The notes beneath the pieces were generated by a model that ran no database searches, was not told where the DNA came from, and saw nothing but the letters and a program-made list of their open reading frames with translations. Position numbers and translations under genes: made by a program. A DNA stretch of 64,000 nt from Callorhinchus milii (lineage: Eukaryota): contig NW_024704743.1 in assembly GCF_018977255.1 (NCBI RefSeq), forward strand, positions 25,670,001 to 25,734,000, in the 5' to 3' direction. Within the stretch, counting starts at the first letter, position 1, and each line of letters starts with the position of its first letter. This document shows, one piece after another, positions 13,282 to 26,344 of the stretch.

Positions 13282-13492
13282 ATAACAACAAATTACACTT
13301 GTATAGCGCCCTTCATTCGAAATAAGACCCAGGGCGCTGGACAGTCAGAGTTTTTGAACCCGAACTGGGAGTTGGCCTCAGGAGGGGTTGAGAGCATGTT
13401 GGGGGTGGGAACGTGGCTGAAGGCACTTTTGAAGAGGAAGGTCTTTAGACGGGACTCGTAGGATGCAAGTGAGGGGGTGAGGGGGAGGGATT
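13282..13492 (-). mobile_element. L2 LINE 3' end running into the gap
   Basis: aacaacaaattacacttgtatagcgccc tail followed by purine-rich L2 antisense (gaaggcacttttgaagaggaaggtcttt). Confidence 0.75.
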
Positions 13493-13522
13493 NNNNNNNN
13501 NNNNNNNNNNNNNNNNNNNNNN
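13493..13522. other. Assembly gap (30 N)
   Basis: Run of n characters. The left contig ends inside an L2 fragment. Confidence 1.
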
Positions 13523-15049
13523 CTCGCGCCCAACAGTATTTGAAATCCAGGTTGGCATAAAAGTACGAGTTGCTGTCAGCGGTGAGTGTAATGTTTTCTA
13601 TGGCTCTGCTGGTGCCACAGACAAAACTGTTAAAGAATGTGATTTAATAAGGATGAGAGAAAGCTTTGAATTTGTTTTAATCAAAACAAAAATCGAATGA
13701 TCTTTTCAATAAGGTTAAGACCTAATTTAACCAATTGGTGTTTCATAAAGAATGTTTCTCAAGAATGCCTTTGTAATATTGATGCTGACTGGACTTTTGT
13801 GCTTGTAACAAACCAACAGGAGGAAGCAGAGGTTGCAAATGGAGTGCAAATTATACCCTTAACCTCTGGAACTCTCTGCCTTGCCCCCTCTTTGTCTATC
13901 TTTAAATTCCACCTTTAAATGTAACTCTTCGACTGCACCTACGGTTACCTCCAAATCCCCTTGTCCCTGCTCTGAGAAATTTATCTTACGTGTGAAGGGC
14001 GCGGTATAAATGCAAGTTGTTGCTGGTGGTTTTAAATGCTTCTGGAGCACGGAATTGAAGCCAAATATGGCTGAGACAAGTAAACTTAGCATGGGAAGGG
14101 GTGGGGGGTTGGGTGCGATTTTCTGGTCTGAACACCCAGATGACCAAAAAAAAGGTGGTAGCTCTTCATGTGTGAGGCTTCATTGTGAATTATCAAGAGC
14201 AGAGCCTGATCCAGTTCTCACCTGGCCAAGTTCTTCTGGATATACGTTCCACCAGTAGGTCATTGGATATTGATCAGATTGGGAGCTGGCTGATTTTTCT
14301 CATTTTAGCAAAGGTTGTGTTGTGGCCAGTTAAAACCATAGAAATTTACGGCGCTGGAGTCCGTACGGCCAATCCTGTCTGCGACTAAATGGATCACTCT
14401 TTCAAAGACAGACAGCACAGTCGTCTGCCTTTTTCCCCATACAATTTATATTTGTCTTTTTCAGATATTAATCCAATTCATCCTGTCTTAGTTGGAAGCA
14501 GGCTCACCTCCTACTCAGAAGATTGTGGTTTCAACCTACATAATCTATTGCGACACTCCAATGCAGTACTATGGATGGGCTACATTGTCTGAGGTGCCAT
14601 CCTTCGGATGAGATGTTGGCATTAAATCTCGTTTGGGCATTCTGAAAGATAAGGTTACATTTTATACAGGGCTAACATTCAGTTTACCCATGGATGCTTT
14701 CTTTACTTTAACTACCGTATGAGGCTAAAGGTCAGGATAGTGTAGAAGCAAATATTTGGACAGCTATGCAGTGTCATTAAGGAGTGGCTCAGTAGGTAGC
14801 ATTATTCTTTCAACTGAGAATTTTCAGATCTGAGTTTAATTTGTTTATCAAAGGCTACAAAATGAATGTTAATGTTGATTGGTTATATACAGTATCCCTT
14901 TGCTTCAGTAAAATAAGCCCATCATATCTCAACATGGTAGCATGATTTGATGGTAGTATTTGATCAGATTTAGCTGAACATCAGAGTATTACTGTCCCCA
15001 TGATGCTCCTTCATTAAGGAACCAGGTTGAAGGGTGTTGTGAAAGAGCT

Positions 15050-15495
15050 GATCCCAAACTCTCCCTACATCACTGATTCTTTCCACCACCCTACACTCCT
15101 TGGAGCCCATTTCTCCCTTTCAACCATCATCATCTACACGAAGCCCACCACTTGCTGCTCAACTCCCTCCCCACCCAGCTGTTGGTCACCCAACTCCCCC
15201 TCCTCTGCTCTGCTGGCTGACGCAGCCAACCAGATCCTCTACTCAGGCTCCATTCCCACATGCCCTCAAAACTGCTATCATCAATCCCCTCCTCAAAAAA
15301 TCCACCCTTCATTGCTCTGACTTTGCAGACTACTGGCTCATCTCAAACTTGTCCATCATTTTTTAAAGTTCTGGAACATATTGTTGCCAACCAACTTCGC
15401 TCACATCTCTCCATCCACGAGCCCCTCCAGGCCAGTTTCAGCCCTGCCCCCATGACCAAGACGGAGCTAGTCAGTCACAAACGATATCCTCTCTC
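15050..15495 (+). mobile_element. Degraded L2 reverse-transcriptase fragment
   Basis: Frames give FPHALKTAIINPLLKKSTL..DFADYWLISNLS and KVLEHIVANQLRSHLS..EPLQASF, the pre-RT and RT start of L2/CR1-clade ORF2. Confidence 0.82.
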
Positions 15496-17471
15496 ACTTT
15501 CTGTGTCTCTCTCTCTCTCTGTATTGTGTATCCCAACAACTGCATTATAACGGTGCTTCACTGTATTAAGTAATGCATGCGTCCATGCACCAAGTTCAAA
15601 ATGAAAATAGTGACTCAGACTGGTTTACAAAGACAGTTGGCAGTTTTGGACCCCGGATAGATGCAGTGACCAATTCTCACAGTTTCTTCAGCAGCTGCAG
15701 ACGGAACGAACATTTCAGCCATTTAGAGCAGATATTGTGCTGCTATTGATGAGCCCTGCAGCGAGGGGAAACCAGTGCGTGGTTCAAATTAACTGGGTAC
15801 TCAAAATCTCTTTGCGCTGAGTTTGGTACCTTGAAATGCACCTTAGGGAATGGGGAAAGAAAGGGTAGTGTTTTTTTTGTGATTTATGATGACAATGTCT
15901 GCTTGTGATTGTGTTATTTGAATAAATCACGGCCGATCTGTAATGGGAAAAGTAGGGCTCTACTTTGTGGTGTCCTCAGCTCAACTCTTTTAAATCTCCC
16001 AATGACTAAACAGCCATTGGCTGGAAATGGTGACATCACGTGTATGCCACAGTCACATTGTCTGTTATTCTTATAATAAATCTTGTATCTGATGCAGTGC
16101 TAATAACGTCAAAATGTCTCAGAACACGAATGCGGTGAAGTTTAGTGAATGTATTTGTAGGAAGTGTTCTGAGCAAGTCTGAACCTTTTGTAGCATTTCC
16201 TCAAGGTGTAAAGAACTTTTTTTTCAGTCAGCTGGGTGTCTGACACGTGCAGAGGCCCATCACCGTGCTTAAGAGCATCCATAATAGTAAATAATAATTG
16301 TAAAACCTGGGCATATAGGCCAGGAGCAAAATTGCTTCATCGTTCCTGGCTTCTGCTCCCTTAGGTGGCGGGTGTAGAACAAATGCTTGTGCTTTGGCTG
16401 TAGTTTTTGAATAGAAAGGCTGGCCTGCACTACAAGCCGTACTTAAATCTCAACACCACCACTTGAGCATTACTTGTAGTGCAGCTACACGCCAGTGTAA
16501 AATCGGCTTGAGTCACTGTACATGTTTGGCATACGCTCAGAAGTGTTTAATGCGTCTTTGATCATTATGTGTCCTTGTAATTTCTGCAGCCACTTTATAG
16601 CGCCGCTCAGCTGTCTATTGAGTGGTGATCCTAGATCTGAGAAAGTAAAGTGAAAGTGACTGCTCTCGTTTCTGTTGCCACCAGTCCTTCGTTGCATCAC
16701 GCACACCGCTGAGTTTACTCTCATTGCTTGAGCAAAATAGCCAGTGCTGGAGAGCAACACAATGACACTGTGTGGTGTCCTGCTCTGCCTTTATTCTCGA
16801 CGCTGTGCAGTGCACCGAGCAAGTTAGAGGAACTCCTTTGGAATGTGTACCACTCAGTCACACATGAAAGGCGGTATCTCAAACGCAGGGAGTATCATCA
16901 TTATTAGTAGTATTATTATTATTCATATTAGTATTATTTCTGCAGGTTATGTGAAAATGTGGCGAGTGTAAGGTTTTCCTGATGTCAGACTGGGAGACAG
17001 GGTTTTGAGATCAATATAATCTCCCTGAAGACATTAGACGTTCTGAATAGGTGACTAGCTGTGCAAACATTTATAGTGCTGCTTACTGCTTGTAAACAGC
17101 ACACAAGCAGGCCATGCGCTGGTGCTAGAAGAAAGAAGCAGCATCTTTATAATAGTTGAACCCAAGCCTCCTGACTCAGGAGAGAGTGCAACAACTGAGC
17201 CAGAGCTGATGTATTTTCATAGCGCCTCAAAATGCTGCATGAGTAATTACTGTTACATTTAGAGGCTTCTTGTGTGCAAAAATGGCAGCCATTTCACCAA
17301 GTTGCCACAAGTAGGATAATGATAATCATCCTTACATTTGGTGTAGCACCTTCCATATCAGAATGTTCCAAAGAGTTTTAAAAAAAGTCCTGTAATGTAC
17401 AGTCATTTTGCGCATAGTAATATTCCACAAACAGTCAGGAAGTGAATGACTGACTTTATTTGGGGGATTTT

Positions 17472-17694
17472 CAACAACAACAACTTGGATTTATTTAGCA
17501 CTCTCCACGCCGGACGGTGACTCAGAGTGCTTTACAGTAACGGATCCCGGGGCCGAGCCAGGGGGAGGGGGAGGAAGGTGACCAAAGGCGCGGTCGAAAA
17601 GAACGGTCTTCAGCAGAGACCTGAAAATGGGAAGGGAGGGAGCGAGACGAAGGGAGTGAGGAAGGGAGTTCCAGAGCCTCGGGGCCTAGTGGCT
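17472..17694 (-). mobile_element. L2 3' end, left arm of an inverted pair
   Basis: Reverse complement of 17907-18128; CpG-rich; (CAA)n tail. Confidence 0.85.
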
Positions 17695-17747
17695 TCAGAT
17701 TAAATGGTTATTAAAAAAGTTAAGAGAATTTCTCCTAGTGACCTGGG

Positions 17748-18128
17748 AAAATCCTCACCCTTGTATTCAAGTCCCTGCACTTCTCTGCACCCCCCTACCT
17801 CTCTGACCTCTCTCCTCAAAACAGTGCCCATTGCCCTCGTTCCTCCAGGTCTGGCCTCCTCCTCGTCCCCCGAGTCCTCCACTCCGCTCTCGGCGGCCGT
17901 GCCTTCAGCCACTATGCCCCGAGGCTCTGGAACTCCCTTCCTCACTCCCTTTGCTTTGCTCCCTCCCTTCCTATTTACAGGTCTCTGCTGAAGACCTTTC
18001 TTTTCGACCGCACCTTTGGTCACCTTCCTCCCCCTTTCCCCTGGCTCGGCCCCGGGATCCGTTACTGTAAAGAGCTCTGAGTCGCCGTCTGGCGTGGAGG
18101 GCACTATATAAATCCAAGTTGTTGTTGT
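17748..18128 (+). mobile_element. L2 3' fragment, right arm of the inverted pair
   Basis: aaaatcctcacccttgtattcaagtccctgcac (KILTLVFKSLH..APPYLSDL), ctctggaactcccttcct (LWNSLP), (TTG)n tail. Confidence 0.87.
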
Positions 18129-19213
18129 TATGAAAAGGATCTGGCGAAGAGACACAGTCATGGGATTAATTATCCAATAATATGCCAGAAGAGACTTGAT
18201 GAATAAGCTCCTTCTGTTCCCAGGTCACAGAGTTTACCAACACGCACATGTCTTGGTTTGACATGTCGCATGGACACTTGGCCAACATGGTGCCTGTAGA
18301 ACCATACTCTAGTGTGAGTCATTGCCTTCAGGAGAGATGCATGCAACAAACTGTCATCAGGGAATGCACTTCTGAGTAGATGCTTACTTCATAGAGTAAA
18401 TTTCCCTGAAATAGTTTGTATCTTCATCATTGTAGTGTTCTTTTATTTATTTTTAGTTTGCTTCAAAAATTATACGTCACTGGGCAAGGTGACCTTTGGA
18501 AAAACAATGCAAGCTGAACACATCTCACCTGGAAAGACCAAGGTATAGGTGATGAAATAATATCAATAATAATAAACACCAAACTTCTGTTGAGTTTGTA
18601 CCTTGCGTTTGGTATAGTGTCTTATCACGTCAGAAGAATGTCTCAAAGCGCCTCACATAAATTTCTGTGAAATGAAGTAACTGTATTTGTAAGCAAACAT
18701 GGGAGCACAATTGCACGCAGCAATGTCCCACAACTAGTCATGAAACCAGTGACCAATTTTATTTGGGGGATTGTTGGCCAGGACAACAGAAGAAACTCCC
18801 TTCTCTATTCCACCGAAACAGTTTAGTGTCTCATTAAGTTTTGAAATTATGCCAGTGTCCAAAGTGTGGTAAAGTGTTAATGGCTTGTTTCAGAATAAAT
18901 TGACCTCCAAAGAGGAGGGGTTTGATGTTATTGGGTTTCACGAGGATCAGTGACACTGCCACCATTAGAAGCTTTGATTTCTCCCTTTTAAAATGTTTCT
19001 GTTGAGTTTGTACATGGTTATTCCCCAGGAAGATGTTTTTTCTTGGATTATTTCCTAACTGCAGGGTTAATTGAACAGGCAGCAGCTTTCAATCAATAGA
19101 AAACCAACTGGTAGCAAATACTATCTTGCTGGAGTTATATTTTACACACACCAAAGTTTTGCGTGATTATTATGTGGTGTCGGGGATGGGATTTCTTTTT
19201 TCTTTGGATTTGT

Positions 19214-19538
19214 GGAGTCCTGTGGCTCAGTGGTTAGAGCACTCGCTTTGCAAGCGAGAGACCTGAGTTCAATTCCAGGCAGAGGGCGAAACCTTGGGCA
19301 AGTTTCCTTACTCCACACGCCTAATAATAATCCCTCCAAAAACCAAAAACAATAATAAAATTGGTCATTTTCAATCTACGACTGTTTGTGGGTCATTGCT
19401 GTGCGCAATTGGCTGCCGCGTTTGCCCACAAATATACAGTCAATTCACTTTACAGTGTGTTCTGTGAAGCGCTTTGGGACGTCCTCCTGACGTGAAAAGC
19501 GCTATATCAAATGCAAGGATTATTATTATTATTATTAT
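19214..19538 (+). mobile_element. tRNA-derived SINE, family A
   Basis: ggagtcctgtggctcagtggttagagcactcgc...gagttcaattcc head, internal deletion, (ATT)n tail. Confidence 0.9.
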
Positions 19539-19834
19539 ACCTAAAAGCCAATTAACTTAAGCTCGTAAAATGTAGCTCACCATCTGATGAGGGCTAACTT
19601 TCGGATGTTCTTTGTATTTATATAGAGAAGAGACATTTGAGAATAATTACAGGGTCTTCAGTGTACTGAGGGCTTCAGATGACATTTGAAACAATGAGGA
19701 TGAAGCTTTAACATTTTGTAACTGTAATCCAAATCCAATGATTGAATTACAGCTCCTGTTAACCCCACTTACCATTGTTCAAAGCACGGTGGTTTGATAG
19801 CGTGTGTGTGGGAGGGATTTTTTAGTGTTATTAA

Positions 19835-20085
19835 TAACAATAATACATTTGATGTTGTGCCTTTTCACATCAGAAAAATGACTCAAAAGTGTCATCATAA
19901 AGTGTAGTGATGATAGTTTGATGGGTGTGCACCCGAGCTGTGGGTTTGGATCAAAGAGGAGTGGAGGGCAAGGGGAGTGGAAGAGGAAAGATGACCGAAG
20001 GCATGGTCGAAAAGGAAGGTCTTGAAGGAGGTAAGGGAGGGGAAAGCGGAGAGGTTTCGGGATGGAGTTCCAGAGGGTGGGGGCA
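19835..20085 (-). mobile_element. L2 3' fragment
   Basis: Minus frame includes SLTSFKTFLFDHAFGH. Confidence 0.75.
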
Positions 20086-20594
20086 AAAATCTGGGAGGTT
20101 TGCTACGTGGTTGCATTCACGTTGTTGTTACATTGAGGTAATGATGAGTATTCGGTACTGTTTATAAAGCATCCATTCTCAAATATGAGTACTGTATGCT
20201 GTATTTTTTCTCCCCCTCCCCGCACTAAACACAGCAAAAAATTCTAGAAAGTGCTTTGAGCCATTTTAACAGGATATGAATATTGAAATTCTTTCTTCTG
20301 TCCAAAGCAAAATGCATTTTATTTTCTTGTATTTGCAATCTGTGCCTTCTCAGTGACAGGTACTGTGCAGAGAATATTTTTTACTGGATATTACAGTTCA
20401 GTTGATGACTGAAAATAGCAGTATAGTCTGAAGGATTGTAACTTGGAGTTGAGAAGCTGTGAAAGCGAGTGAATTGCATTCTCGGGGAGAGATGATGGAA
20501 ACACTTTAGCGGATGGTATTGCTGTATTCTTGCATCACTTCACTTGATCATTTCACGGTGATTGAAGATTTCAAGCATATTTTACATTTCCAAA

Positions 20595-20850
20595 TGATCC
20601 CCAGTGTTAGAGAGATGAGCTATGAGGAATGACTGGATAATCCAGTGCTCTTAAACTTGAAAATGAGGGTCTCAGAGAGAACTATAAAGGGTGTATAAGA
20701 TTCTAAACAAGAAGGACCACAGTTTGTGGTTGTGAAGTATAATTTTAGGACAGACGCCAGGAATTTTTTTTCACATGAGAGTAGCCATTAAACTTTATTG
20801 AAGGTCAAGATATTGATTTACTCAGAATAAAGCTGGATAGGCACACGCTA
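20595..20850 (+). mobile_element. Highly degraded CR1 LINE 3' ORF2 remnant
   Basis: ccagtgttagagagatgagctatgaggaatgactggat (P.LR.MSYEE*LD), gtgtataagattcta (VYKIL) and aattttttttcaca..gagagtag resemble the CR1 C-terminus. Confidence 0.6.
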
Positions 20851-21974
20851 TGCTCCAGCTCTTCATTTACATGCATAGTTGTTTTGCTGCCAAATCTGAT
20901 GGACAAGATTTTTGAGGGTGGATCTCTTATCCACCTTGGGACCTTATCAGTGCCTTGGGATGTCCTCCCGACATGAAAGGTACTACGCAAATATAATGTT
21001 GTTGTTATTTGTGGAAGCTGGGAATGGTGATGCTATCCACCTATATCTTGGTGGCTGCAGTAAACCTCGTTCTAGATGCAGATCTCTGCACATTGTTCTC
21101 TCTCATATTTCTTCTAAAGCAATAAGCGAATGAACTTTTCTTGCCAAATACACAATTGCTATATCTGACAGCAACAACAACTTGCATTTAATATAGTGCC
21201 TTCACGTGGGGTAGCATCTTGGAGCAGCACAAATCCTGTGACACACTTTAAGACATCTCAGCTAAGTGATGAGGCAGTTTATCAAGCGCAGGAATTATTT
21301 GAAATACTATTATTAGAGCATTTGCATAGACTGAGTACTGGAAAAACAATAATGCATTTGCTTGTTATATGTGAGCCGACGCTTTCGGACGTCCTCCCGG
21401 CGTGAAAGGCGCTCTATAAATGTGTTGTTGTGAGATTAGCTGTGGTACCTGTGCAGAGGTGGTGCTGCAGTGATAACAAAGAAAAGGGGTCTTTCAGAAC
21501 CACAAGTGAATGGACAGAGGAACCCGCAAATGTCTGTGCTCACATAAACAAAAGGAGGGAAAAAACCATCATTAATCTCCCTAAATAAATTCTACTGTTT
21601 CATTCATTGATGTCTCAAAGTTATACCATTTTTAAAAAAAATACAATGAAGGCCTGAAATTTCTCATTGTTTAACCTTAAGGCTCTTCTCATAAAAATCA
21701 AACCTTGTGAATTTAGGAACATTTTAAGTTCGGATCTTAATTTGGAAAGTGGTTTTTCCGCAGGTCTCGAACTTTTTATTGTAATTGTAGTGCAGTGGCT
21801 GTGTATTGTAGTCCAACTGAATCTTATCTAAACATAACTCTGTGTGTGTGCATGTGTTCTTTTTGATTGATTCTGTGTGTTGGAAGAAGGGGCAAATGGC
21901 TGTCTCTCTACATACAAAACAATCACTATTCTTGATTACTGCTAAGCACAGTGTGATGTTTTGACCTGATAAGA

Positions 21975-22360
21975 TTTGAGACTTCTCAAAGCGCTTCACA
22001 GGATATACTGTAAATTGGATTGAATGTGTATTTTGTGGGCGAAATGTGGCAGCCAGTTTACACACAGCAGTGATGGAGTGAGTGACCAATTTTATTTGTG
22101 GGATTGTTGGCCAGGCAACCAGGAGAAACTCCCTTCTGTTTTCGAATAGGGCAAATGGATCTTTAACGTCCACCTAAACAGGCAGGTGGGACCTCTGTTT
22201 AATGTATAATCAGAAGGACTGCATCTCTGACAATGCAACATTCCCCCAGCGCTGCATTGCAGTGTCGGGCGAGAGAATATGTGATTCCAAGTCCCGACTT
22301 GGGGTTGAACCCACAATCTTCAGACACGAAGATGAGAGTGCTACCACTGAGTCAGGCTCA
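21975..22360 (-). mobile_element. tRNA-derived SINE, family B
   Basis: Reverse complement of head, core (ggatctttaacgtccacc) and partial tail. Confidence 0.85.
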
Positions 22361-22677
22361 CACACACAAATTCCTTCATCTGGGGGAAAAACGTACGAAA
22401 GTTACCTGCAGGGAAATGCTTTCACAACAAAATCTTTGATATTCCCAAGAAACCTGCAGTTGTTTTAAAGCATGAAAGCCAAAAGGAAGATTTGTGGTGG
22501 ATCATTGTGAGTCAGTGAATGATGGCGGAGAAACAATGCAATTTATGTTTAGATAACGCTTTTCAAGTTGAGAGGATGTCACAAAAGTGCTTTACACAGC
22601 TGACTGTTAGCCCAAATCAGAGGTGGGGATGGAAAGGCAACTAAAAGCATGGTTGAAAAGGTGATAATACTAACTAT

Positions 22678-23040
22678 ACTTACATTTGATATAGTGCTTT
22701 ATCAAGTCATTGAGACATCTCAAAACGCTTCACAGAAAATACTGTGATGCGAATTGACTGTATATTTCTGGGCGAAATGTGGCAGCCAATTGGACACAGT
22801 AGTATCCCAGAAACAGTTGTGGATTGAATGATCATATATATATATATATTTTTTTGACCGATTATTACCCCCAGAAAGTGATCCACCAATCGACTTACAA
22901 TCAGGTTTTTCTGCTCACTGTTAGGTAAACAGAATCGTGTGTAGTAAAGAAACTTGCCTAAGGTTTCACCTTCGCTCGGGAATTGACCTGGTCCTCTCGC
23001 TTGCAAGGTGAGTGCTCTAACCAATACGCTACAGGACTCC
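22678..23040 (-). mobile_element. tRNA-derived SINE, family A
   Basis: Reverse complement of the family head ends ...gctacaggactcc at 23040; tail near 22680. Confidence 0.88.
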
Positions 23041-26000
23041 AAAATGGGCCTGAAAGTGATCTTTAAAATTAGGAAGGGAGAGAGGAGATGATGCACAAAA
23101 ACTCCCAAGATGGAGTTTTAGACAGCGTGGGTAGAAGCTTGACCGCCTATGGTAAAAAAAATCTCCGGCTCCGAAAGCAATGGACTAAATTGGTCACGTG
23201 GCCTACGGCTGCTTGTAAACTTTTGGCTGTGCAAGTGATCTGTGTCATGGATCATGTGGGTTGCAGCTGAAAAACATTCTTCCCGGTCGGTCAAGCAGAT
23301 AGCAGATTCTCCTTGCTCGTGTAATTTAGTTTGAATCAACAAGCTGATGCTCGATTGTTTGTTAATGATGTAGGTCTTTTATAAATCCTGCTCTGCAGCT
23401 GGTCTCCAGGACTCTTGGCAGGCTTCGTGGGGGTTTGTCTGCAAACGTGCCGAGAGAGAGACCCAGCAAAGAGGACTCGGTATGGGCGTAGGTCAACATT
23501 AACTCAATTACCGATCATTGGATGTTGTTGTGCCAGTGTTAGCCATTGTTGGTGTGTGTCTCTCTCGTGCTGCATTTCTCTTCTCGAACCATTACGAGGA
23601 GAAGTCATTCGGTGATGCCGTTTTTTTTTCGCCCCCTGAGTGCCATAAATTTATAGGTATATGTAGGGATAGCATAGGTAATGGGTGGTCAGGGCTAGAA
23701 GGGTTTAGCCCCACATCCCTTCCCAAATCTATCTCCAGCTCACCTCCTTAATGGAAGATGGGAGGGGGAAGCCCTGAGGCCAGTCCTCTGACCAACCAGT
23801 AAACGTGCCAGTCAATCCAACAGCTCACCTGTCTTAAAGGGACCGAGCCTTCAACTGAGTTTTACTCAGTGGCCCCTGCCTTCAGTAACCCCTACCCCTG
23901 TGCCCCCCTCCAAGAAGATTTTCACCTGCCAACAATGGGTTTTGGGTCTTTTTTTTTGCCCCATTTTGTTTTAAAGGAGTACCGTCTTTCTGAATGTTGT
24001 TTTGCAATCCTTTTATGTTTGCAGACAAACGTTGACCCAGCTTATATTGAAACATGTTGATGCTGTGCAACAATGTGTGTGCGTGCGTGTGTGTGTGATT
24101 GATGAGAGGGTGTGTATGTATGTGTGTATAGTTTCAGTGAGCGAGGGGTGGGGGGTTCTAGCTTCAGAAGTAGGCAGCCTTTATTGGTCGTGAGTGGGTG
24201 ATGGCGAAGTCAGCTCATTAAATCACTACTGCCCTGTGGTGATGGTGCTTTGACTGATCTCCTCCCTTCTTTCCTGTTTCTTCCCCCTCCCCTTTCGTGG
24301 GTCAGATATGGGTCCTGCAACTTTGCGCAGAGTTGTGCAATACCTGCACTTTCCAAGGCTTTGTGGTGGCTCACTGACTATTTCATATGCTGACGTCACC
24401 AACCAAGTCTTTTCTTCAAAATGATTTGTTTTTTCCCCTCATGTTTTCTCTGTGATAAGAGTTGAGCATCTAAATCCTCCGCACCCTTTTTTCCTTTTCA
24501 ATCGTTGTGTAACCTTTTGGCACACACCTTTTTTTTTTGTCTTTTCAAAAGGTTTAAAATGCCAACACACACATACATGTGCTGCAGAACCTGCCCAGAA
24601 TGAGCTTGTAAACTGAGACAACATGAGACACCCATCTGATCTTGTGAAGTCAAGGAGTGTTTAAGGTGCAGTTTAGGCCGTTTTGTAATATTTCTCACAG
24701 AACTTCAACTCTAGAGCAAGCGAGCTCTTCGGTTTCCATATTAAACACGCAAACAATACAAAGTCAGAGTGTTAGAATTTTCATTTTTTTTTACCATTTG
24801 AAAGAATTTGAATTGATTGTTTTTGGTCTTTTTGCCCCATTTTGTTTTAAAAGAGCACTGTCTTTCTGAATATTGTTTTGCAATCCTTTTATGTTTGCAG
24901 ACAAAATTTGACGCAGATTATATTGAAACATGTTGATGCTGTGCAGCAATGTGTGTGGGTGTGACTGATGAGAGGGTGTATGGCTGGTTATGCTGTACCT
25001 CCTCTTCAGGCTACTAGTGACTGTCTCTTTAAAGAGCTGTGAATTAAATTATTTGTGTAGGGTGAGGATAGTGTCCTTTAGACCAGAGATTTTGTCCTTT
25101 TATCTCTATTGTGTTTTATGTGTGTGAAATATATTGTGTGTTGTATACTGTGTCTGTACCTGCAATATATTGTGTGTGCCGTTGTATATTGTGTGTGTGG
25201 GGTGGGTGGGCGGGCGCAGTATGTGTGTGTGTGCTTAATAATAATAATTCTTGCATTTGATATAGTGCCTTATCATGTCTTCGAGACCTCTCAAAGCGCT
25301 TCACAGAATATACTGTAAAGTGAATTCTCAGGACATCCAGACTGTGGAACTTCCCACCTCCCTCAGCCTTCCTTTCCTCCTACAATCTACTAATACAATA
25401 CTGAAAACTCGAGTGTCACCTGAACACGAATCACTACCTCTTTGAAAACGTGACCTTTCACTTAATTTTTTTTTGGTCAGCTGGGTGCGGCAATCCATCT
25501 CCATGGTAGACTATCCAAACCAATAGTTCCACATATATATGCCACCTACACATGGAAATTCCTTGTGAGAAGCATCCTGCTTACCTAATTCAGGAGAGTA
25601 TTAGGCGCAGGTTGGCAAAAGCCAAGAAATGTACGTTGGGGGAACTGCTGGAATATCACCAGCTAAAACTGCAGAGCTTGCCATTGAAAGCACTATCTGG
25701 CAAGTTTCCCACTGCTTGTCCAGCGAGGACTATCCTCGTCCTTGGCCAAATTGAACTCCAGGATCTGGTTGCCTCTCCATACCAGGAATCTGGTTTGACA
25801 ATAAACATTTGACATCTGTGGAGCACGGACGTCTTCCCTCCCTCGTTTGCATAGAGCTCTTGACTGACATTATCATGTAAATATTGGAAGATGTTGATAC
25901 GTTCTTCCGTATGTGAATTGCCATCACAGACATTTTTGTAGCTTCAGGAGCAAAATCATTGATTTTCAGACGCATCTCTGACCTCCATTACTATTCTTCG

Positions 26001-26307
26001 GTAGCGGATCTAATCCCTGACATTCGTAGTGGTGGTTTATGGCTGCGTGAATGTTTTGATGTCTCCGAATATTTACACAGCAACATCAAGACATCTCCAT
26101 GTGTGTGAAATATCTTTTAATTACAGATGGTTTACAGAGATTCTAAAAGCATATCAATTTATTAAACACTTTAATCCACTTTCTGGACTGCAGAGTTCCG
26201 GAGAAAATAACACACAAAATACTGCAGATGCTGGAAATCTGAAACAAAAACAGAGAGATCTGGGAAAACTCAGCAGGTCAGGCAGCATCTATGGAGAAAG
26301 GAATGTG

Positions 26308-26344
26308 AGTCAACGTTTCAGGTCCACGACTCTTCATCAGAACT
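26308..26344 (-). ncRNA. Minimal hammerhead-ribozyme-like motif in the inverted pseudo-LTR
   Basis: Reverse complement reads agtt-CTGATGA-agagtcgtggacct-GAAA-CGTT-gact. Confidence 0.55.

Noticed and set aside
24391..24398. Perfect CRE palindromes TGACGTCA (also 48990-48997)
   Set aside because: Isolated 8-mers are expected by chance in 64 kb and have no supporting context.
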